Of a DNA stretch of 64,000 nucleotides, positions 60,831-64,000 are shown in pieces. The DNA is from an uncultured Candidatus Poseidoniales archaeon. GTDB taxonomy: Archaea > Thermoplasmatota > Poseidoniia > Poseidoniales > Thalassarchaeaceae. Under the pieces are notes generated by a model. That model searched no databases. It saw only the letters and a program-made list of their open reading frames with translations, and was not told where the DNA came from. The stretch's first letter is position 1. The number at the start of each line of letters is the position of its first letter. The stretch is taken from positions 17,025 through 81,024 of the forward strand of contig CAJJBW010000007.1 of the NCBI GenBank assembly GCA_905182515.1. Direction: 5' to 3'. The translations under genes and the position numbers were made by a program.

Positions 60831-61628
60831 TTATTCTTCCCCCAAGTTATTAAAATTAGGTTTTCTTTTTTCCAAAAAGGATGAGACTCCTTCTGAGAAC
60901 TCTTGAGTCAGAGATGCAGATACCATTAATGCTCTTTCAAATTCTAACTGTGTTTCGAAAAATGTAGAAGTCGATGCATCTAATAATTGCTTAGTAGAAC
61001 GACGGCTCATAATCGACCATTTTCCCCAATCCCTAGCTAAAGATATAGATTTAGATATTAATTCTTCGGAGTTACATACTTCATCGACTGCCCCTAATCT
61101 TAGTGCTTTATCGCCATCCCATATTTCATTATTGAAGAAAAAGCGCTTTGTAACTTGAGTTCCAACTAGCCTAGGGAGTAACCATGTCGTACCCCCATCA
61201 GGAGAAAGCCCTAAAGAAAAAAATGCTGCAGCTAATTTAGCATTTCTCAGAGATATTCGGTAATCCATTGCTAAAGCAAGTCCTAATCCCCCTCCTGCGG
61301 CAGCGCCATTTATAGCAGCAACAAATACCTTTGGTGATGCACGTATTTTCAACAATAAAGGGTGTAAGGAGCCTGTCATTTCTTCTACCATTGTTCCAAT
61401 TGTGCCTGCATCAATGGCATTTGCAAATTCATCTATTGGTCCACCGGCGCTAAAAAAATTCCCTGTTCCTGTAAGTATTATTGACAAGCACTTTTTATCA
61501 TTCATCAATTCATCCAATGTTTCGGCTAAAACATTTATATTTTTCCGAGTAAAGGTATTTTTTGATGCTGAGGCTGAAAGAGTAACTAAAGCCACCCCTC
61601 CTTCATGTCTATTGACTGTTAAAACCAT
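60831..61628 (-). CDS. enoyl-CoA hydratase/isomerase (crotonase) family protein
   Basis: Crotonase-fold oxyanion-hole motifs (GTGNFFSAGGPIDE, AINGAAAGGG). Start trimmed to the internal Met to avoid overlapping the divergent ALDH start. Confidence 0.75.
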   Translation of the reverse strand: MVLTVNRHEGGVALVTLSASASKNTFTRKNINVLAETLDELMNDKKCLSIILTGTGNFFSAGGPIDEFANAIDAGTIGTMVEEMTGSLHPLLLKIRASPKVFVAAINGAAAGGGLGLALAMDYRISLRNAKLAAAFFSLGLSPDGGTTWLLPRLVGTQVTKRFFFNNEIWDGDKALRLGAVDEVCNSEELISKSISLARDWGKWSIMSRRSTKQLLDASTSTFFETQLEFERALMVSASLTQEFSEGVSSFLEKRKPNFNNLGEE

Positions 61629-61697
61629 ATTAAGGCGTAGAGGCATTTCTTTTTCAAATGCATGAATATCATAAGAAGTGGCGCTTTCCGTTGAGAC

Positions 61698-63116
61698 ATG
61701 CATAACCACGAGGCACTATATATCAACGGGCAATGGGTTAAATCAAATGGAAATAGTAAAATTGATATTATTAATCCAACAACTGAAAGGAAAATTGGAT
61801 CTGTACCAGCAGGATCCGTAAATGACATAGACGAAGCAGTTAAAGCAGCCAAAACCGCATTCAAAGAATGGTCTCAAAGTAATATTGAAGATAGAATAAA
61901 GATACTAAATTTATTATCTGCTTCATTCAAAGAACGGGAAGAGGAATTGGCTCAGATTATTACTGCAGAGGTAGGGACTCCGATTGGATACTCCCGCACA
62001 GCAATGGTAGGTACACCTAGGGTCGTTGCTCGTTCATATTCCAAAATACTAGAAAATTTTGAATGGGAAGAAGAAGTTAGAAATTCATTAATTGTCAAGG
62101 AAGGAATAGGAGTTTGTGCATTTATTACTCCATGGAATTTTCCCTTACATCAAATAATTGGAAAGGTTGCACCAGCAATAGCATCTGGATGCACAATGAT
62201 ATTAAAACCATCAAAAGAAGCCCCATTAAGTGCATTTATTCTTGCTGATATCTTACATGATATCGGCCTTCCACCAGGGGTATTCAACTTAGTTTCCGGT
62301 CATGGCTCTGAGATTGGAGAATATTTGGCAAGTCATCCAAATGTTGACATGGTTTCTTTTACTGGATCTACAAATGCAGGTATTGCAGTTAGCCATGCTG
62401 CTGCTGATAGCATTAAACGGGTGACTTTAGAATTAGGAGGAAAAAGTGCTAATGTCGCCTTGGATGATGCTGATCCTGTATTAGTTGTAAAAAAAGCTCT
62501 TGCTGCTTGCCACCAAAATAGTGGCCAAACATGTTCAGCATTGACTAGACTAATTATTCCTGAAAGTATGAAAGATGAAGTTTATAATCTGATTAAGGCT
62601 AAAAATGATTCCTATACTGTTGGAAATCCATTGGATGATAAGACACGTTGTGGGCCCATGGTTAGTAAAAATCAACAAGCAAGTGTTACAAAATATATCG
62701 ACATAGGGATAAAAGAAGGTGCAACATTGATTTCTGGAGGCTTGGGGATGCCGGAAGGGATTGAAACTGGATTTTTTGTCAAGCCAACCATCTTTGGAGA
62801 TGTTACTTCAGAGATGACTATATGGAAGGAAGAGATTTTTGGACCTGTTCTTGCTATCACCACCTACAATAATGAAGCCGAGGCACTAAACCTTGCTAAT
62901 GATTCAATTTATGGCTTATCAGGAGGAGTTTGGTCCGAGAGTGAAGAGAGGGCTATTGAATTTGCAAAAGGAATGCGTACTGGCCAAGTAAGTATTAATG
63001 GAGGATTTTTTAATGTTACTGCCCCATTTGGAGGTTATAAATTATCAGGAAATGGGAGAGAATTAGGAGTGCATGGGCTGAATGAATTTTTAGAGATAAA
63101 GTCCATTCAACGTTAA
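61698..63116 (+). CDS. NAD(P)-dependent aldehyde dehydrogenase
   Basis: ELGGKSA and FTGSTNAG motifs, catalytic Cys in GQTCSA, 472 aa. Confidence 0.9.
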   Translation: MHNHEALYINGQWVKSNGNSKIDIINPTTERKIGSVPAGSVNDIDEAVKAAKTAFKEWSQSNIEDRIKILNLLSASFKEREEELAQIITAEVGTPIGYSRTAMVGTPRVVARSYSKILENFEWEEEVRNSLIVKEGIGVCAFITPWNFPLHQIIGKVAPAIASGCTMILKPSKEAPLSAFILADILHDIGLPPGVFNLVSGHGSEIGEYLASHPNVDMVSFTGSTNAGIAVSHAAADSIKRVTLELGGKSANVALDDADPVLVVKKALAACHQNSGQTCSALTRLIIPESMKDEVYNLIKAKNDSYTVGNPLDDKTRCGPMVSKNQQASVTKYIDIGIKEGATLISGGLGMPEGIETGFFVKPTIFGDVTSEMTIWKEEIFGPVLAITTYNNEAEALNLANDSIYGLSGGVWSESEERAIEFAKGMRTGQVSINGGFFNVTAPFGGYKLSGNGRELGVHGLNEFLEIKSIQR

Positions 63117-63121
63117 AAATG

Positions 63122-63955
63122 TTATCTCCCTGACCATTTAGGATTTTTTCTTTCTAAAAATGCTTTAACTCCAATTTCTTTATCCTCTGTATCAAAAAGA
63201 GCTACGAATTCTGAGCGTTCAGCAAGAACACCTTCTGAAAATGGTAAATCAAGAGATGCGCGAATTGCTCGTTTGGCAACTTTAATAGTGTACGGTGATT
63301 TTTTGGCTATATTCATTGCGAAGGAAATTGTGGCAGACTCTAATTCACTCGATTCAAAAACATGGTTAACTAAGCCAATTTTCAATGCATCGTCTGCCTC
63401 AATCATATTTCCTCCTAATACAATTTCCATTGCTTTTCCATAACCTAAAAGCCTACACAGGCGTTGCGTCCCCCCTCCTCCAGGAATCAAACCTAAATTA
63501 ATTTCTGGTTGTCCAAATTTGGCATCATTAGACGCGAGCCTCATATCGCATGAAAGAGCTAATTCAGTACCCCCTCCCAAAGCGAATCCATCGACCATAG
63601 CAATAGTTGGCTTAGATAATCTCCAAACTGCTTCCCATCCATTATCTTCAAAAAATGACCGTACATCATCAGAGTTTTTACCTTCAAACTCTGAAATATC
63701 TGCTCCAGCAGCAAACGCGGATGGTTTGGCTCTCTTTCCCTCAAGAGCAGGTAGTGGCTTGGCGCCCTTGATGACAACAACCCTGATATTATCATCTGAT
63801 TCTACTCTTTGGCACTGTTTTTTAATTTCCTCATGCAATTGATGATTCAATGCATTTAATTTATTTGGACGATTTAAGGTCCATATTGATATGATTCCAC
63901 CTTTGGGATAAGAGTCTTCGACATGAACATCATCTATCAGCAATACTTCTTCCAT
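63122..63955 (-). CDS. enoyl-CoA hydratase (crotonase family)
   Basis: MEEVLLIDDVHVEDSYPKGGIISIWTLNRPNKLNALN N-terminus, AFAAGADISE and VDGFALGGGTELAL motifs. The ORF track runs to the window edge, but in-frame ATG 63953-63955 follows a GGTG RBS-like sequence and gives a canonical N-terminus. Confidence 0.8.
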   Translation of the reverse strand: MEEVLLIDDVHVEDSYPKGGIISIWTLNRPNKLNALNHQLHEEIKKQCQRVESDDNIRVVVIKGAKPLPALEGKRAKPSAFAAGADISEFEGKNSDDVRSFFEDNGWEAVWRLSKPTIAMVDGFALGGGTELALSCDMRLASNDAKFGQPEINLGLIPGGGGTQRLCRLLGYGKAMEIVLGGNMIEADDALKIGLVNHVFESSELESATISFAMNIAKKSPYTIKVAKRAIRASLDLPFSEGVLAERSEFVALFDTEDKEIGVKAFLERKNPKWSGR

Positions 63956-64000
63956 GTATGCTGGAAGGCACCCCAGCGCTTGAAGAATACGGTTCTTCAA

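Noticed and set aside
1-64000. CRISPR arrays, tRNA/rRNA genes, integrases, transposases, restriction-modification or toxin-antitoxin modules
   Set aside because: I found no direct-repeat/spacer periodicity, no GC-rich cloverleaf-like islands, and no recombinase, transposase or nuclease signatures on manual reading. tRNAs cannot be fully excluded without tRNAscan-type covariance models.
63122-64000. Crotonase ORF apparently truncated at the window edge
   Set aside because: An in-frame ATG at 63953-63955 with a GGTG RBS gives a canonical crotonase N-terminus (MEEVLLIDDV...). The gene is probably complete within the window, and the edge codon is a coincidental TTG.

Overview
This 64 kb window is AT-rich and almost fully coding. 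It holds about 65 genes on both strands, separated by short AT-rich spacers. I found no rRNA or CRISPR arrays, no integrase or transposase, and no tRNA by eye. The gene content is archaeal: TATA-box binding protein, mevalonate kinase, the radical-SAM wyosine enzyme Taw1/TYW1 with its Cys26/39/52 auxiliary-cluster spacing, a PolX-PHP polymerase, a SepF homologue, a protein with an archaellin-type class III signal peptide, and GGTGA/GGAGG ribosome-binding sites. Together with low GC, many secreted peptidases and BNR proteins, a giant Ig/PKD-like surface protein, fatty-acid beta-oxidation genes and an H+-PPase, this fits a marine heterotrophic Thermoplasmatota (Marine Group II / Poseidoniales-like) chromosome. 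This taxonomic call is inference from sequence, not a database hit. Housekeeping anchors are ileS, cysS, guaB, nth, nadE, pdxH, msrA, a DEAD-box helicase and tbp. A redox/thiol theme runs through the window (glutaredoxin, two peroxiredoxins, MsrA, SelO, a DCC-family CxxC protein, a cupredoxin, an HdrDE-like Fe-S oxidoreductase). I see no canonical defence island or mobile element. The most unusual local items are: a pilin-like protein carrying a beta/gamma-crystallin domain; an overlapping class-IV aminotransferase plus Stf0-like sulfotransferase pair; a BNR lipoprotein translationally coupled to a Kv-like K+ channel with a zinc-ribbon tail; a TBP with a ~55-aa insertion in repeat 2; a DEAD-box helicase with a tandem-repeat RGG-like tail; and several conserved but uncharacterised gene pairs (LemA plus membrane partner, DUF2071 plus DCC, MAPEG-like plus YbjQ duo).
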